From NCBI GenBank assembly GCA_027077325.1, contig JALTGF010000052.1, forward strand, positions 1-34,402: a stretch of DNA of 34,402 bases. Reading direction: 5' to 3'. Below the pieces are notes generated by a model. The model made no database searches. It was given only the letters and a program-made list of their open reading frames with translations, and was not told the DNA's origin. This document shows positions 7,266 to 19,308 of the stretch, piece after piece; positions within the stretch are counted from its first letter, which is position 1; every line of letters starts with the position of its first letter. The stretch is from an archaeon. Its GTDB lineage: Archaea; Undinarchaeota; Undinarchaeia; Undinarchaeales; JALTGF01. The translations under genes were made by a program, and so were the position numbers.

Positions 7266-8105
7266 TTAGCGCTTATCCCATGGTTTTTTAATTTTGCCTT
7301 CATCCATTAGTTTATAAATAACTGCTGCCACGTGCTGGCACATTACAAGAATCTTTCTATGTTGCTGAACAATAAAGTCTTTACATTCACAGCTCCAGTT
7401 CCACTCCTCTGGTTCTCTATCAAGATTTTCAATTGTTACCATTCGGCTTCTGTGAATGTCGCTAAATGAGGGAACTTTTACTAAAACTTTAGTTATTTGT
7501 TTCTTTGAGTTGTAATGTTCTTCAATGTATTTCCAACTTCTAAGCTCTTCTCTATGCAACAAGTAAATTCTCCAACCCTTTGAAAGCCGTTTCCAATCAA
7601 TTAAAAGATGAAACCCAAGTTTATCTGCAGTTCTCTTTCCCCAAGGCAATGCTAACGGTATTGTTTTTCTTTTCCTAAATGAATACGCCTCATATCTATT
7701 AACTAGCCTCTGAAAATCTTTCTGCCAGACCCACTCACTTTTAGCATAAATTAAAAGGGCGCGGGCACAAAAGCAAAAGACAATTTGCCCAACAAGGTCC
7801 TTAAAAAGCCGCTCAATTGCCCAATCCTTTTTCTCATAAATTAACTTTGGAACAGATGTGAAAAAATCAGAGCTTATCTGGACAATTCCTCTCTGCAGCT
7901 TTTTCTCAAAATTTTTTCTGTATCTCTTTGGGATTTTTTCATACAATTCATACAACTTATTTAACAAATCTTCTTTTATTGCTAAATCGTAATTTCTTTC
8001 CAATACCTCTTGTGTTTCTTCCCAGGACAAGTTTTCTCTCTTTGCTTTTAGTATAGAAAGCTCAATCTTCCTAATTGACTTTTCAATGTTCTCTAAATCG
8101 CTCAT
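7266..8105 (-). CDS. SWIM zinc-finger domain protein
   Basis: C-terminal WSCECKDF...MCQHVAAV fits CxCx(n)CxH; basic, helical N-terminus of unknown function. Confidence 0.8.
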   Translation of the reverse strand: MSDLENIEKSIRKIELSILKAKRENLSWEETQEVLERNYDLAIKEDLLNKLYELYEKIPKRYRKNFEKKLQRGIVQISSDFFTSVPKLIYEKKDWAIERLFKDLVGQIVFCFCARALLIYAKSEWVWQKDFQRLVNRYEAYSFRKRKTIPLALPWGKRTADKLGFHLLIDWKRLSKGWRIYLLHREELRSWKYIEEHYNSKKQITKVLVKVPSFSDIHRSRMVTIENLDREPEEWNWSCECKDFIVQQHRKILVMCQHVAAVIYKLMDEGKIKKPWDKR

Positions 8106-8141
8106 AAAAATAGAATGTTTCTTAAAGTATAAATTAATTGC

Positions 8142-8453
8142 TTAACTCTTAACTTCGATCTCAATATTGACTTCTTCTGGCACTTGGATTCTCATAATCT
8201 GCCGCATTACGCGCTCGTTTGGGTCCATATCTAAAAGGCGCTTGTGAATACGCATCTCCCACCTCTCAAAGGATGCAGTTCCATCTCCTGAAACGGATTT
8301 TCTAGTTGTAACCTTTAAGACCTTTGTTGGAAGTGGTATGGGCCCAGCTAAATTGGCCTTTCCAGTTTCTGCAATCTCTTTTATCTGGTTGCAGACCTCA
8401 TTCAACTTGTTTACATCTGTGCTGCTAAGTTTTACTCTTGCTCTTGTTGCCAT
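8142..8453 (-). CDS. rps10: 30S ribosomal protein S10 (uS10)
   Basis: GPIPLPTK...TRKS..GDG...ERWEMRIHKRL. Confidence 0.98.
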   Translation of the reverse strand: MATRARVKLSSTDVNKLNEVCNQIKEIAETGKANLAGPIPLPTKVLKVTTRKSVSGDGTASFERWEMRIHKRLLDMDPNERVMRQIMRIQVPEEVNIEIEVKS

Positions 8454-8518
8454 GTTTTTTATTTAATTGTGAAAGGGGTTTATAAGGGTTTTTATTTTGG
8501 TTATTACAAAATTAAATA

Positions 8519-8549
8519 AAGGAAGAGGTTTGCTTTAACCTCTCTCCTT
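8519..8549. terminator. Stem-loop between tuf and rps10 (terminator/processing-like)
   Basis: aagga-agaggtt / aacctct-c-tcctt inverted repeat just past the tuf stop, followed by T-rich sequence on the minus strand. Confidence 0.45.
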
Positions 8550-8561
8550 ATTGTGGATTAT

Positions 8562-9842
8562 CTATTTCTTCTTTGGAGTTACGTCAATGACCATCCCTGC
8601 ACCAACTGTTGCACCCATATCCCTAATAGCAAACCTGCCCAGTGGTGGGAAGTCTGCTGCTTTTTCAATAACCAAAGGCCTTGTTGGCTTTAACTTAACA
8701 ATTGCCGCATCACCAGTCTTCAAGAACTCTGGGTTCTCTTCCTTGACTGCACCACTTGCTGGATCTATTTTCTTTATCAGTTCAACAAATGTGCATGCTA
8801 CCTGTGCAGTGTGGCAATGGAATACTGGTGTGTACCCTTTAGTTATTGCAGTTGGGTGTTCCAAAACAACAATTTGGGCAGTGAAGTCCTCAACTACTGT
8901 TGGTGGAGAATTTACAGGTCCAGCAACATCTCCTCTCTTGACCTGGTCCTTGGAAATTCCTCGCACATTAAAACCAATGTTGTCCCCTGGCTCTGCTTTC
9001 TCTAATTGCTCGTGGTGCATTTCTATACTTTTAACTTCTCCAGTTGCACCAGATGGCTCAAAGACCAGCTTATCGCCTGGTTTCAAAACACCGGTTTCAA
9101 CTCTGCCTACTGGAACAGTTCCAACCCCTGTAATTGAGTAAACATCCTGGATTGGAATTCTTAATGGCTTGTCAACTGGTTTTTGTGGTGGTTTCAGTGA
9201 ATCCAGTAACTCCATTAAAGTAGGCCCCTTGTACCAACCCATATGCTCTCCTGCTTTCTTGGTAATATTCTCGCTTGTAACAAAAGAAGCAGTTGGGACA
9301 AATGGTACTTCATCTACTTTTGTTCCGAGTGGTTTTAGAAGATCTTCGACTTGTTTCTTTACTTCATTGAATCTCTCTTCTTTCCAATCAACTTCATCCA
9401 TCTTGTTAATTGCAACGATAAGCTGATTGACGCCCAATGTCTTAATTAGCCATGCGTGTTCTTTTGTCTGTGGTTGTATCCCTTCCTTTGCAGAAACAAC
9501 AAGAACTGCTGCGTCTGCTTGGGATGCTCCTGTAATCATATTCTTGACGAAGTCTCGGTGTCCAGGTGCGTCTATTATTGTAAAGTAGTATTTAGCTGTC
9601 TCTAGTTTCTTATGGGCTACATCAATTGTAAGTCCTCGCTCTCTCTCTTCTTTCATTCTGTCCATAACGAATGCCAATCCAAATGTCTCTTTACCTAGCT
9701 TCTTTGCCTCTTCCTGAATCTTTTTCATTTCTTGCTCAGGAATGTTCCCTGTGTCAAAGAGGATTCTCCCTACTGTAGTAGATTTTCCGTGGTCAACGTG
9801 TCCAACGAAGACGACGTTCATATGTGGTTTTCCTTCTGCCAT
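8562..9842 (-). CDS. tuf: Translation elongation factor EF-1 alpha
   Basis: [30 protein letters not shown]; GGAGGT RBS. Confidence 0.99.
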   Translation of the reverse strand: MAEGKPHMNVVFVGHVDHGKSTTVGRILFDTGNIPEQEMKKIQEEAKKLGKETFGLAFVMDRMKEERERGLTIDVAHKKLETAKYYFTIIDAPGHRDFVKNMITGASQADAAVLVVSAKEGIQPQTKEHAWLIKTLGVNQLIVAINKMDEVDWKEERFNEVKKQVEDLLKPLGTKVDEVPFVPTASFVTSENITKKAGEHMGWYKGPTLMELLDSLKPPQKPVDKPLRIPIQDVYSITGVGTVPVGRVETGVLKPGDKLVFEPSGATGEVKSIEMHHEQLEKAEPGDNIGFNVRGISKDQVKRGDVAGPVNSPPTVVEDFTAQIVVLEHPTAITKGYTPVFHCHTAQVACTFVELIKKIDPASGAVKEENPEFLKTGDAAIVKLKPTRPLVIEKAADFPPLGRFAIRDMGATVGAGMVIDVTPKKK

Positions 9843-9978
9843 GTTTGTTTTTACCTCCGTTTAATTATTATAATTATAATAAGGAATGGCATAAGCATAT
9901 GCTTTTAATGTCATTCTCTTACCTCTGAAGTGCTTTTATTATAATAAAAAAGAAGTATATAAACGCTTCTATTGTCCT

Positions 9979-12171
9979 TCAACCTAAATAATCGCTTGGT
10001 TGCGGCATTTGTTCCTTTAATCCCTTTCTTTTCCTAATTTCCATAATGATCTTTTGTTGAAGGTCATTTGGAAGCTTTTCAAATCCTGCATTTTCGGTGC
10101 TCCAAAGAACTCTGCCTTCGGTAGCAGACCTAATTGCAGATGCAAATCCGAACATATCTGAAACAGGGGCTTTTGCTTCAATTTCTATTGTATCCCCCTC
10201 TTGCTTCATGTCTAAAATCTGGCCTCTTCTGCTTTGCATTTCCTTATTTACAGCGCCCATATGTGTTTCAGGGACTCTTATGAATACCTTCTGTTTTGGC
10301 TCAAGCAAGTAGGGTTGTGCCATTAAAATTGCACCTTTTATTGCAGATCTAACTGCAGGGATTACTTGGGCAGGTCCTCTGTGAATAGCATCCTCGTGAA
10401 GTTTTGTGTCGAGAAGTTTAACTTTAATTCCTGCACACTTCTCATCTGCCAATGGGCCGCGCTTCATTGCTTCTTCAAATGCCTCAACACAAAGTTCAAT
10501 AACTTCTCCTATATGGACTTCTCCTTTTACCATATTCACAAACACATTTGTTCCATAAATATCCACAACTCGCTTTGCTTCTTCTTTGTCCATCCCAAGC
10601 TCTACTAACTCTTGTGTAATTGCTTTTTTCTTTATCCTACCTGGCTTAATGGTTCCATCCGCAATTGCATCATAAATTGGTTTTTCAAGGGGCTCAACTG
10701 TTATGTAAAACTTGTTGTGCTTGTTTGGGCTCTTTCCCTCAACCTCTTGTGATTTTCTGCTAACTGTTTCTCTGTAAACAACAATTGGCTCTGAAGATTG
10801 AATCTCAATCCCGTAATCCTTTGTAATCCTATATTTCCAAATCTCAAGGTGGAGCTCTCCCATGCCTGAGATCTTATGCTCCCCTGTCTCTTCATCAATC
10901 TCTACGTGAATTGCCGGGTCTTGCTTTTCTATGCTTCTTAAAACCTCAATAAGTTTTGGAAGGTCCTTTGTGTTCTTTGCCTCAATTGCTTCTGTAACAA
11001 CTGGCTCGGCTTCCTTTATTGCCTCAAATGGCTCAATTGGGTTTGAAGGGTCACAAGCAGTTTCTCCAGACCTTGCTGCTTTCATTCCAATAACTGCTAC
11101 AATATTGCCTGCTGGGATCTCATCTATTTTGATCCTTTCAGGGCCCATATAAATCCCAACCTGTTGGGTCCTAAAGTTTTGCTTGATGTTCGTTAAGTAA
11201 ATTGTTTCGCCACTTATCAATTTACCAGAAAAGAGCCTTCCAGTTGCAACATCCCCTGCATGTGGGTCTGCAATTATCTTTGTAATCATGAGCGCAAGAG
11301 GTGCGTTAGGATCGCACGCCATAAGTTTCTTTCTCATCTCCTCGTCTTCCCCCGGCCATATCTGGGGTATTCTATATACTTGGGCAGTTTTTGGGTCTGG
11401 AAGATGCTTTATGACCATGTCTAACACAATCTTGTGAAGTGTTGCTCTACGTCCAAGTTGTTTCCATGTTTCTTCTCCTGAGTAAGCGTCAATAATGTCC
11501 TTAAATGTCATATTGAGCTCTTTCATATGTGGGAATGAAAGTGCCCATTTGTGATATGCTGAACCAAACATAACTGAGCCATCTTCAACTTTTACTCGCC
11601 ATTCTTTACCAACTCCTTCTGGTGCGTTTCTCCTAATCAGGTCATTAATTTTTGAGATAATCTTAACAAATTGTTCTTGCATTTCCTGTGGCGTTAATTT
11701 AAGTTCTCTTATCAATCTATCAACCTTGTTTATAAACAGGATTGGCTTTACCCTCTCTCTTAGTGCTTGTCTAAGCACAGTTTCTGTTTGTGGCATTGCC
11801 CCTTCAACAGCATCAACAACTACAATTGCACCATCGACAGCCCTCATAGCACGAATAACATCGCCGCCAAAGTCAACGTGACCTGGTGTGTCTATCAGAT
11901 TAATTAAATAATCGTTGTTCTCGTAATTATGGACCAGTGATACGTTTGCAGCATTAATTGTAATCCCCCTTGCTTGCTCTTGTGGGTCAAAATCCAAATA
12001 AAGTTGTCTTCCAGCAAGTTCTTCTGAAATCATGCCCGAGCCAGCAAGCAAATTATCTGATAAAGTAGTTTTTCCATGATCAATGTGTGCAACTATCCCA
12101 ATGTTCCTAATCCTGTCTGGCTTCCACATTAATTCTTTTACTTTTGCAATTAAATCTTCTCTTCTTCCCAT
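9979..12171 (-). CDS. fusA: Translation elongation factor EF-2
   Basis: [21 protein letters not shown]; diphthamide loop [11 protein letters not shown]. Confidence 0.99.
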   Translation of the reverse strand: MGRREDLIAKVKELMWKPDRIRNIGIVAHIDHGKTTLSDNLLAGSGMISEELAGRQLYLDFDPQEQARGITINAANVSLVHNYENNDYLINLIDTPGHVDFGGDVIRAMRAVDGAIVVVDAVEGAMPQTETVLRQALRERVKPILFINKVDRLIRELKLTPQEMQEQFVKIISKINDLIRRNAPEGVGKEWRVKVEDGSVMFGSAYHKWALSFPHMKELNMTFKDIIDAYSGEETWKQLGRRATLHKIVLDMVIKHLPDPKTAQVYRIPQIWPGEDEEMRKKLMACDPNAPLALMITKIIADPHAGDVATGRLFSGKLISGETIYLTNIKQNFRTQQVGIYMGPERIKIDEIPAGNIVAVIGMKAARSGETACDPSNPIEPFEAIKEAEPVVTEAIEAKNTKDLPKLIEVLRSIEKQDPAIHVEIDEETGEHKISGMGELHLEIWKYRITKDYGIEIQSSEPIVVYRETVSRKSQEVEGKSPNKHNKFYITVEPLEKPIYDAIADGTIKPGRIKKKAITQELVELGMDKEEAKRVVDIYGTNVFVNMVKGEVHIGEVIELCVEAFEEAMKRGPLADEKCAGIKVKLLDTKLHEDAIHRGPAQVIPAVRSAIKGAILMAQPYLLEPKQKVFIRVPETHMGAVNKEMQSRRGQILDMKQEGDTIEIEAKAPVSDMFGFASAIRSATEGRVLWSTENAGFEKLPNDLQQKIIMEIRKRKGLKEQMPQPSDYLG

Positions 12172-12176
12172 TGTCT

Positions 12177-12833
12177 CTACCTGGCACTTGATGCCACTCT
12201 TTCAAGTTCAGATTTTTTTGAAATAGAATATGCTTTCTGGTCCCCGTTTGATGCTGATATAAGCTCTTCTGCAAGCGCACTTGAAATTGATGTCTTCTTC
12301 TTAAATGCCCTCTGTCCTGCCCCATGTGCTATAAAACTCAATGCAAGATCAACTCTCCTTTGAGGTGATACATCAACTGCTTTGTGAACTATGATCCCGC
12401 CATGTCGTATCCTTGTCGTCTCTTCTCTTGGAGCTGCATTTTCAATTGCTTCAATTAGTACTTGAATCGGATTTTTCTTTGTCCTCTTCTCCACTTTTTC
12501 AAATGCTTTTAAAACAGCAGAAATCGCCCTTTGTTTCTTTCCAGTGTCTCTTCCGCTTACTCTTTTATGGACCCTGCTATCTTTTAAATGGCCTGTAACC
12601 ATAAGTTTGTTTGCAAGCCTTTCAATAACATTGTACTTTGCCTTTCCAAATCTTTTGCTTGCATACATGCTAAACGAAGTTATTTTTGGATTTTCTAATA
12701 CTGTATATCTTTGAAGGCCTAAATCCTTAACTGTAATATTTCGGATGTCCCATCTTCCCAAAAACATACTATTGGCTCCTTGCAAATCTTTCTGTTTTCC
12801 AGCAATTTTTTTGTCTTTGTTTTTATCTTCCAT
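12177..12833 (-). CDS. rps7: 30S ribosomal protein S7 (uS7)
   Basis: [16 protein letters not shown]...[14 protein letters not shown]...ERVASSAR. Confidence 0.98.
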   Translation of the reverse strand: MEDKNKDKKIAGKQKDLQGANSMFLGRWDIRNITVKDLGLQRYTVLENPKITSFSMYASKRFGKAKYNVIERLANKLMVTGHLKDSRVHKRVSGRDTGKKQRAISAVLKAFEKVEKRTKKNPIQVLIEAIENAAPREETTRIRHGGIIVHKAVDVSPQRRVDLALSFIAHGAGQRAFKKKTSISSALAEELISASNGDQKAYSISKKSELERVASSAR

Positions 12834-12840
12834 ATCTTCT

Positions 12841-13278
12841 CTATTTCATCGCCTTTTCTTTTCTTCCGTGAACAAGTTCGTTTAAGCTTATCCCATTAAC
12901 CTTAGTAACCTTAAATCTGACACCTGGGATATCTCCCTTTAGTTTTCCGCGTGGTCCACCAATTCCTGCGATCTCAACCTCGTCGTGTTCATCTATAAAT
13001 GAAATTGCCTTATTTCCCGGTGCAAAAGCAGTTACGGACCTGCCACTCTTTATCAATTGAACACGAACGCATTTTCTTATAGCTGAATTTGGCTGTTTTG
13101 CTTCAAGCCCAACTTTCTCTAATACAATTCCTCTGGCTGCAGGCGCACCTCTAAGTGGGGATGCCTTAATGTCTAGCCTTAGGGCTCTTCGCTTATATTT
13201 AGAGTCGTGCCATCTAAATTTCTTCCTTGCTTTTTTTAGCCTTCTTGCGGAGAAAAGTCCGCGCGTCTTATTTGCCAT
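12841..13278 (-). CDS. rps12: 30S ribosomal protein S12 (uS12)
   Basis: [27 protein letters not shown]. Confidence 0.99.
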   Translation of the reverse strand: MANKTRGLFSARRLKKARKKFRWHDSKYKRRALRLDIKASPLRGAPAARGIVLEKVGLEAKQPNSAIRKCVRVQLIKSGRSVTAFAPGNKAISFIDEHDEVEIAGIGGPRGKLKGDIPGVRFKVTKVNGISLNELVHGRKEKAMK

Positions 13279-13313
13279 GTGACTATCTATATAAAATCCT
13301 CCCTTTAAATATG

Positions 13314-13745
13314 TTACTTAACAATAACGTCTCCAATATTGTAATGTCTTTTTAATAGGTCTTTTATTAATTGAATGTTTTTCCCTTTCTTTCCAAGTAT
13401 TGTCCCTCTTGCTTTAAAGTCTGCTTCAATTATTATCTTTTTATTTTTTCCGTTTTTTTCAAGGTATATGTTTTTAATCATTGTATTTTGGGTTTTTCCA
13501 ATTAAGTTGCTTGTAAACTTTACGGGATCTTTTGAAAATTCAACTAAATGTACTTTCTTTCCAAGATTTGTGCGTATCTTCTTTACGTTTGCCCCGTTTT
13601 TACCAATTGCTGCGCCAATCTGCCCCTCTTCTATGACATAAACTATTGTGTCTCCATTTACAACGCAATCCTTGACAACTGCTTTGCTTTCATTCTCCAG
13701 AGCTGCAATGTACCTCAATGTCTCAGTATTTAGTTTTATTGTCAT
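13314..13745 (-). CDS. nusA: Archaeal NusA (two KH domains)
   Basis: [12 protein letters not shown] and [13 protein letters not shown] GxxG loops; canonical position after rpoA''. Confidence 0.95.
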   Translation of the reverse strand: MTIKLNTETLRYIAALENESKAVVKDCVVNGDTIVYVIEEGQIGAAIGKNGANVKKIRTNLGKKVHLVEFSKDPVKFTSNLIGKTQNTMIKNIYLEKNGKNKKIIIEADFKARGTILGKKGKNIQLIKDLLKRHYNIGDVIVK

Positions 13746-14893
13746 TTTTTCTTCTCTTTAAACAAATCTGGTTTTAAAATTAGTTCGGGGACTCCTGTTC
13801 CAAGTGCTATAACCTGTCCAACAATTATATTCTCAACAACTCCCTTCAATCTCTCAACTTCGCCATATGCACCTGCTTTTAAGAGGTGCTTTACAGTTTC
13901 TTCAAAACTTGCTCTTGCAAGGACTGACGCCTTGTCTCCTGAGACGCCGTGTCTGCCAATTGCCTTTACAACTCCATCTGCAGTCATTGTATCAGCAACA
14001 AGCGTTATGTGTCTTGGATCAACAGTAAGCCCTGCTTCTTTAAGTGTAATTAATGTTTCGTAGACAAGTGCATTTCTTGCGGCTTCTATTCCAAGCACTT
14101 TTTCTATTTCAAGAATGTCATTTGTCTTAGTCCTGTGGAAATCAATCTCTTTTACTTGTGTAACTCCTTTTAAATTTGACCCTTTTGTGTATAAAACATA
14201 ATCATTCCCCTCTTTTTGAACAACAACATAACTAATCCCCTTAACTCCAGAAACGTTCATATCTTGGACTTCTCTTTTAAGTTTTTGAAGTGCTGCTGCT
14301 GACTTTTTTTTGCTCTTGACAATCAACAAATTCTTTTCAAATCTAATCGCATCTCCGTACTTTTCCTTCATTGTCTTTTCAAGTTTTGATAATGTTACGC
14401 CTCTCTTCTTTAACTCGTTATTATCAATTTCAACCTCAACTTCAAATTTTAGGAAGTTCAATCTTGTTGTTTTCATAACATTCCTAATTCTCGTCTCCCT
14501 AATTGCATGTGCGAGTTTCTCTGCTTTTTCAAGAGTGTTGTACTCTTTTTTTAGGTAGATTGTCATCATTGGTGTCTTTGGTATTTTTCTAGCATCAAAT
14601 ATCTCAATCAGCCTTGGCAGTCCTCTAGTAACATCCATTGCAGTTCCTGCATAGTGTTTTGTTCTCATCATCATCTGTGTTCCTGGCTCTCCAATTGACT
14701 GTGCTGCAATAACTCCGACTCCTTCCCCCGGTTCTATTTTTGCCTTTCCATACGCATCTATAACTGCGTCAACAACTGCCTCTAAATATTTGTTCTTTAT
14801 TTTACCATCCTCATACATCTTATCCAATCTTTTAACAATACTAAGTGGAAGCTCTTCGTTCTTTTGTTTTAAAATTTCATTTATCTTGCTCAT
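13742..14893 (-). CDS. rpoA2: RNA polymerase subunit A'' (Rpo1C)
   Basis: [44 protein letters not shown]. Confidence 0.98.
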   Translation of the reverse strand: MSKINEILKQKNEELPLSIVKRLDKMYEDGKIKNKYLEAVVDAVIDAYGKAKIEPGEGVGVIAAQSIGEPGTQMMMRTKHYAGTAMDVTRGLPRLIEIFDARKIPKTPMMTIYLKKEYNTLEKAEKLAHAIRETRIRNVMKTTRLNFLKFEVEVEIDNNELKKRGVTLSKLEKTMKEKYGDAIRFEKNLLIVKSKKKSAAALQKLKREVQDMNVSGVKGISYVVVQKEGNDYVLYTKGSNLKGVTQVKEIDFHRTKTNDILEIEKVLGIEAARNALVYETLITLKEAGLTVDPRHITLVADTMTADGVVKAIGRHGVSGDKASVLARASFEETVKHLLKAGAYGEVERLKGVVENIIVGQVIALGTGVPELILKPDLFKEKKK

Positions 14894-17451
14894 CTCTTAG
14901 CTCCCTCCTGCACATCTGAAACAATTCTCTCTAAATCTATTGTTCCTCTATCTGATTTTGATGGGTCAATCCCATCCTCTCCATATTTATACTGGATTAT
15001 AACATCCCTGCCATCTCTAACAGTTTCACTATAGTCCACAAGAATGTCCTGTAGTGCGTTTATTAAACGCCTCTGTAGATACCCAGATTTTGGAGTTCTC
15101 ATAGCAGTATCCGTTAGAGACTCGCGGCCTCCCATTGCATGGAAGAAAAATTCTATTGGGTCCATCCCTTCCTTGTAGCTGTCTTTCACAAAACCACGTG
15201 ATTTTGCACCAAGGTCGCCTTTCTTAAAGTGTGGTAAAGTTCTGCCCCTGTACCCTCTCAAAATTCTCTTACCTCTAACTGCCTGCTGTCCAATACAAGC
15301 GCTCATCTGCGTTATGTTAAGCAAAGAACCTCTTGCACCTGTTTTTGCCATTGTAAGTGCAAAATTATCTTTCTTAAGATATTTCTCAGCAATCTCACCA
15401 GCAGCATTTCTGCTCTTGTTTAATTCAAGCATAATAAGTTCTTCTAATGTATCTTTAACGGATTTTCCTTTTGATGGTTTGAGATTTCCTTCTTTGTACT
15501 TTTTAACTAACTCTTTAACTTTCTTTTCTGATTTAAGAAGTACCTCCCCAATTTCTTTTCTGACACTTTCTGGAAGGTCCTCATCATCAAGACCTGTTGT
15601 AAATCCCTTGCTGTCAAGATATGCTACAGAAAGTTTAGTGATCCCATTTAAGAAATCTCTTGCTGCATTTGTTCCGCCTCTCCTTAGTACTTCCTCGAGC
15701 AAGATTCCACCCATTGCTCCAACTGCCCTGTCATCTATAACTCCTTTTACTAGTTTTCCATCTTTAATTATTACATCATTCCCATCCCTTGACTTAAACT
15801 TAATATTTATATTGTCTGGCACAAACACACTAAACAATTCTTTTCCATCAATTTCATCTTTGTTAAATGGGAACTCTTCAGTATAACCTGCCATTGCAAG
15901 AATGTCTTCTGCTTCCTTTCTAGTAAACTTAGAATTAGTTAAGAAATAAAGCCCAGTTATGTGGTCGTGAATTGCCCCTATTATTGGTCCTGCAAACCTT
16001 GGTGACCTGATCTGGGTTTGAACTTGCATCAAAATTCTTGCTTCTGTTCTTGCTTCCTCTGTCTGGGGAACATGCAAGTTCATCTCGTCCCCATCAAAGT
16101 CTGCGTTATATGGGGTACAAACTGCTAAGTTAAGCCTAAATGTTCTCCCCGGCATTACTCTCGCCCTGTGTGCCATTATTGACATTCGGTGAAGTGAAGG
16201 CTGTCTGTTAAATAAAACAATATCCCCATCTACTAAGTGACGCTCTACCTTATACCCTACTGTTAGTTCTTCTGCAAGTTCCTTTGCATTATCTTCTGTT
16301 ATTTTCTTTCTCTTTCCATCGGGCCTAATAATATAATTTGCACCTGGGTACTCATCTCCCCTTAAAACTAACTTCTTGAGTTTTTCTAAATTAATTGAAG
16401 TTGCCCTCTCAGGTATTGTCATCTCTTTAGCAATCTCGAGAGGAATCCCAACTTCGTCAATGCTTATGTTTGGGTCTGGTGAAATTACAGTTCTTGCAGA
16501 GAAATCAACACGCTTTCCAGCAAGGCTGTTTCTAAATCGCCCTTCTTTCCCTTTGAGCCTTTGCTTTAATGTTTTAAGTGGCCTTCCTGACCTGTGCCTT
16601 GCAACAGGAATTCCTGTTGTTGAGTTATCTAAATAAGTTGTTACGTGATATTGGACAAGTTCCCACTGGTCCTCTATGATTAGGTGAGGCGCTCCTGCTT
16701 CTATGTTCTCTTTCAACCTTTGGTTAAGTCTGATAATATCCACGAGTTTGTGTGTTAAGTCATCTTCAGACCTTTCACCTGTTTCAAGCGTTATTGATGG
16801 TCTTGTTGTGACCGGCGGAACTGGCAAAACAGTAAGCACCATCCATTCTGGCCTTGCAGTTTCTGGCTTAAGCCCAAAAATGTAAGCATCATCATCTGGT
16901 ATTTTTTCAAGTCGATCCCTTATGTCTGTTGGCATTAATCTCTGGGTTCCTTCTATGTATGTTGTTGGTTTTTCAAACTTTATTTTATGCTGTTTTGCAC
17001 CACAGTGTGGGCATGTACTTGCTTTTTTTGCTTCTTTAAATACATCCTTTACAATGCTTTCAAACTCAATCTCTCCCCCTAGCACATTATCTAGCCTTTT
17101 CTTGTACTCGTCAATTTTTTGTTGAGGGAGCAAAACTCTTGAGCACTCACTACATGTTGCTTGTAGAATGTTGTGAATATATTTTGCGTAGCCCACATGA
17201 ATTACTGGCCTTGCAAGTTCAATATATCCGAAGTGGCCAGGGCAGTCACCCATTTTTGACTTACATGTCCTGCACCTAAGTCCGGGATCAATAACTCCCA
17301 TTCGTGGGTCCATCAGCCCACCCTTAATTGGATAACCATCTGTATCGTGAGTATCTGGAGTGACTATCTTAGCCACTGCCATTTTCTTAATCATTTTTGG
17401 GCTTAGTATCCCAAATTTTATCTTTCCAATTTTCTTATTGACTTCAATCAT
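14890..17451 (-). CDS. rpoA1: RNA polymerase subunit A' (Rpo1N)
   Basis: Catalytic [10 protein letters not shown], zinc-binding Cxx[19 protein letters not shown]. Confidence 0.99.
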   Translation of the reverse strand: MIEVNKKIGKIKFGILSPKMIKKMAVAKIVTPDTHDTDGYPIKGGLMDPRMGVIDPGLRCRTCKSKMGDCPGHFGYIELARPVIHVGYAKYIHNILQATCSECSRVLLPQQKIDEYKKRLDNVLGGEIEFESIVKDVFKEAKKASTCPHCGAKQHKIKFEKPTTYIEGTQRLMPTDIRDRLEKIPDDDAYIFGLKPETARPEWMVLTVLPVPPVTTRPSITLETGERSEDDLTHKLVDIIRLNQRLKENIEAGAPHLIIEDQWELVQYHVTTYLDNSTTGIPVARHRSGRPLKTLKQRLKGKEGRFRNSLAGKRVDFSARTVISPDPNISIDEVGIPLEIAKEMTIPERATSINLEKLKKLVLRGDEYPGANYIIRPDGKRKKITEDNAKELAEELTVGYKVERHLVDGDIVLFNRQPSLHRMSIMAHRARVMPGRTFRLNLAVCTPYNADFDGDEMNLHVPQTEEARTEARILMQVQTQIRSPRFAGPIIGAIHDHITGLYFLTNSKFTRKEAEDILAMAGYTEEFPFNKDEIDGKELFSVFVPDNINIKFKSRDGNDVIIKDGKLVKGVIDDRAVGAMGGILLEEVLRRGGTNAARDFLNGITKLSVAYLDSKGFTTGLDDEDLPESVRKEIGEVLLKSEKKVKELVKKYKEGNLKPSKGKSVKDTLEELIMLELNKSRNAAGEIAEKYLKKDNFALTMAKTGARGSLLNITQMSACIGQQAVRGKRILRGYRGRTLPHFKKGDLGAKSRGFVKDSYKEGMDPIEFFFHAMGGRESLTDTAMRTPKSGYLQRRLINALQDILVDYSETVRDGRDVIIQYKYGEDGIDPSKSDRGTIDLERIVSDVQEGAKR

Positions 17452-19308
17452 CTACCCCTTATCCTCCAATATTAATTTTGGATAAATGCCCATTGATTTC
17501 ATCTCATCAAGCAGAAGCTTAAATGCATAAGACATCTCTACAAATTCTACGTCTGCATTTTCACCACAAATTGGGCAATAAGCATAATCCCTAAATTTAT
17601 CATAAACCGCTACGGTCCCACACTTTGTGCATACTGGGACTATTGTTTTATCTGACTCATCTAGCAGGCGTTCTTTTAATAGGAGCGCAGCGCCGTGACC
17701 AACTAGGCAGTCCTTTTCCATTTCTCCAAGCCTTAGCCCACCTTCTCTTGCTTTTCCAGCAGTTGGCTGTCTTGTAAGTATCTGGACAGGACCTCTCGAC
17801 CTTGCCCTTATCTTGTCAATAACCATGTGCTTTAATTTTTGATAATAAACAACGCCAACAAAAATCTCTGCTTCTAATTTTACTCCTGTAACTCCATTGT
17901 ACATAACTTCTTTTCCAGTGCTCTTAAAGCCATACTTCTTCAATGCTTCTCTCATTTGCTCTTCTGGCTCACCTGAAAATGGGGTTCCATCAATAAATCT
18001 GCCTTCAAGCGATCCAAGTTTTCCTCCAACTGTTTCTAATAACTGCCCTACTGTCATTCTTGAAGGTATTGCGTGAGGATTAATTATCAAATCTGGTGTT
18101 ATCCCTTGCTCAGTAAATGGCATATCCTCTTGTGGGACTATCATCCCAATAACTCCTTTTTGTCCATGCCGTGAAGCAAACTTATCTCCAATTTCTGGGA
18201 TTCTAGTGTCTCTTGTCTTTACTTTCACAAGTTTGTCTCCATCTAAATTTTCAGAAACTAAAACATTATCAACAATTCCGCCTTCCCCAACCCTAACGGC
18301 AACAGAACTTTCTCTTCTATGCTCAACAGACCTTCCAAATTCTTCCATAACTTCTAAGAATCTTGGTGGGGATGTCTTTCCAATTAATACATCTCCTTCG
18401 CCAACTACGCATTCTGGCTCTATAACCCCATCTTCGTCTAAATAGCGATAGGCGTGCTCTGACAAGTATCCTCTTACTTCTTTGTCTGGAATCTCTATTT
18501 TATCAACTTGTCCTCCCGGATATTTTCTTTCCTCTGCCTTATATGTCCTAAAGAATACTGACCTTCCTAACCCCCTCTCAATTGATGCCTTGTTCATAAT
18601 TAATGCATCCTGCATGTTGTACCCTTTGTATGAAATAATTGCAACAACAAAATTTTGTCCAGATGGTCTTCTATTATAATTAATTATATCTGACCCAAGT
18701 GTTTTAACAATTGGCTTTTGGGGGTAATATAAAATATGCCTCTGGGTGTCTGTCCTAATATTGAAATTTGCAGTATACAACCCTATCCCTTGCTTTGACA
18801 TATTTGCCCCTAATGTTACACGGGTTGCCATGTTGTGATTTAAGAACGGAACAAGGCCTGCGCAAATCCCAAATATTACTGCAGGGTCTATCTCAAGATG
18901 TGTATGCTCTGGTGTTAAATCCTCTTTATTTATTGCAACATATGCGTTTTCTTCTTCAGATGCATCAAGATACTCAATAACACCCTCCCTTAGTAAGTCA
19001 TCCCAAGTAAGTTCACCAGAGTTTAATTTCTCAATGTGCTCCTGGGTGAGTTTAGGCTTTCCTTCTTCAACTTTTATTAATGGCCTAATTACCCGCCCTT
19101 CGTCACTCCATATATCTATCTCGGACTCTTCTCTAGAATACGATATGCTGACTTCAGGAGAAATAATTCCTCGGTTCCTCATATCTTTTAAATTAATGAC
19201 AATACTCTTTGGCTTTGTTGTTTCTCCAATAATTCTCCCATTTAGATAAACCTTGTACACCTTCTCTTTTTTGGTATGTTCTTGTGCGGTCTTGATTTGT
19301 TTTTTCAT
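17452..19308 (-). CDS. rpoB1: RNA polymerase subunit B' (Rpo2C)
   Basis: [24 protein letters not shown]-terminal zinc ribbon. Confidence 0.98.
   Translation of the reverse strand: MKKQIKTAQEHTKKEKVYKVYLNGRIIGETTKPKSIVINLKDMRNRGIISPEVSISYSREESEIDIWSDEGRVIRPLIKVEEGKPKLTQEHIEKLNSGELTWDDLLREGVIEYLDASEEENAYVAINKEDLTPEHTHLEIDPAVIFGICAGLVPFLNHNMATRVTLGANMSKQGIGLYTANFNIRTDTQRHILYYPQKPIVKTLGSDIINYNRRPSGQNFVVAIISYKGYNMQDALIMNKASIERGLGRSVFFRTYKAEERKYPGGQVDKIEIPDKEVRGYLSEHAYRYLDEDGVIEPECVVGEGDVLIGKTSPPRFLEVMEEFGRSVEHRRESSVAVRVGEGGIVDNVLVSENLDGDKLVKVKTRDTRIPEIGDKFASRHGQKGVIGMIVPQEDMPFTEQGITPDLIINPHAIPSRMTVGQLLETVGGKLGSLEGRFIDGTPFSGEPEEQMREALKKYGFKSTGKEVMYNGVTGVKLEAEIFVGVVYYQKLKHMVIDKIRARSRGPVQILTRQPTAGKAREGGLRLGEMEKDCLVGHGAALLLKERLLDESDKTIVPVCTKCGTVAVYDKFRDYAYCPICGENADVEFVEMSYAFKLLLDEMKSMGIYPKLILEDKG

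Noticed and set aside
6732-7291. Overlapping short ORFs, and the 20-aa N-terminal extension of the HAD gene to 6917
   Set aside because: They run across tRNA-Ser and its repeat units and show no protein motifs; HAD motif I and the RBS support a start at 6857.
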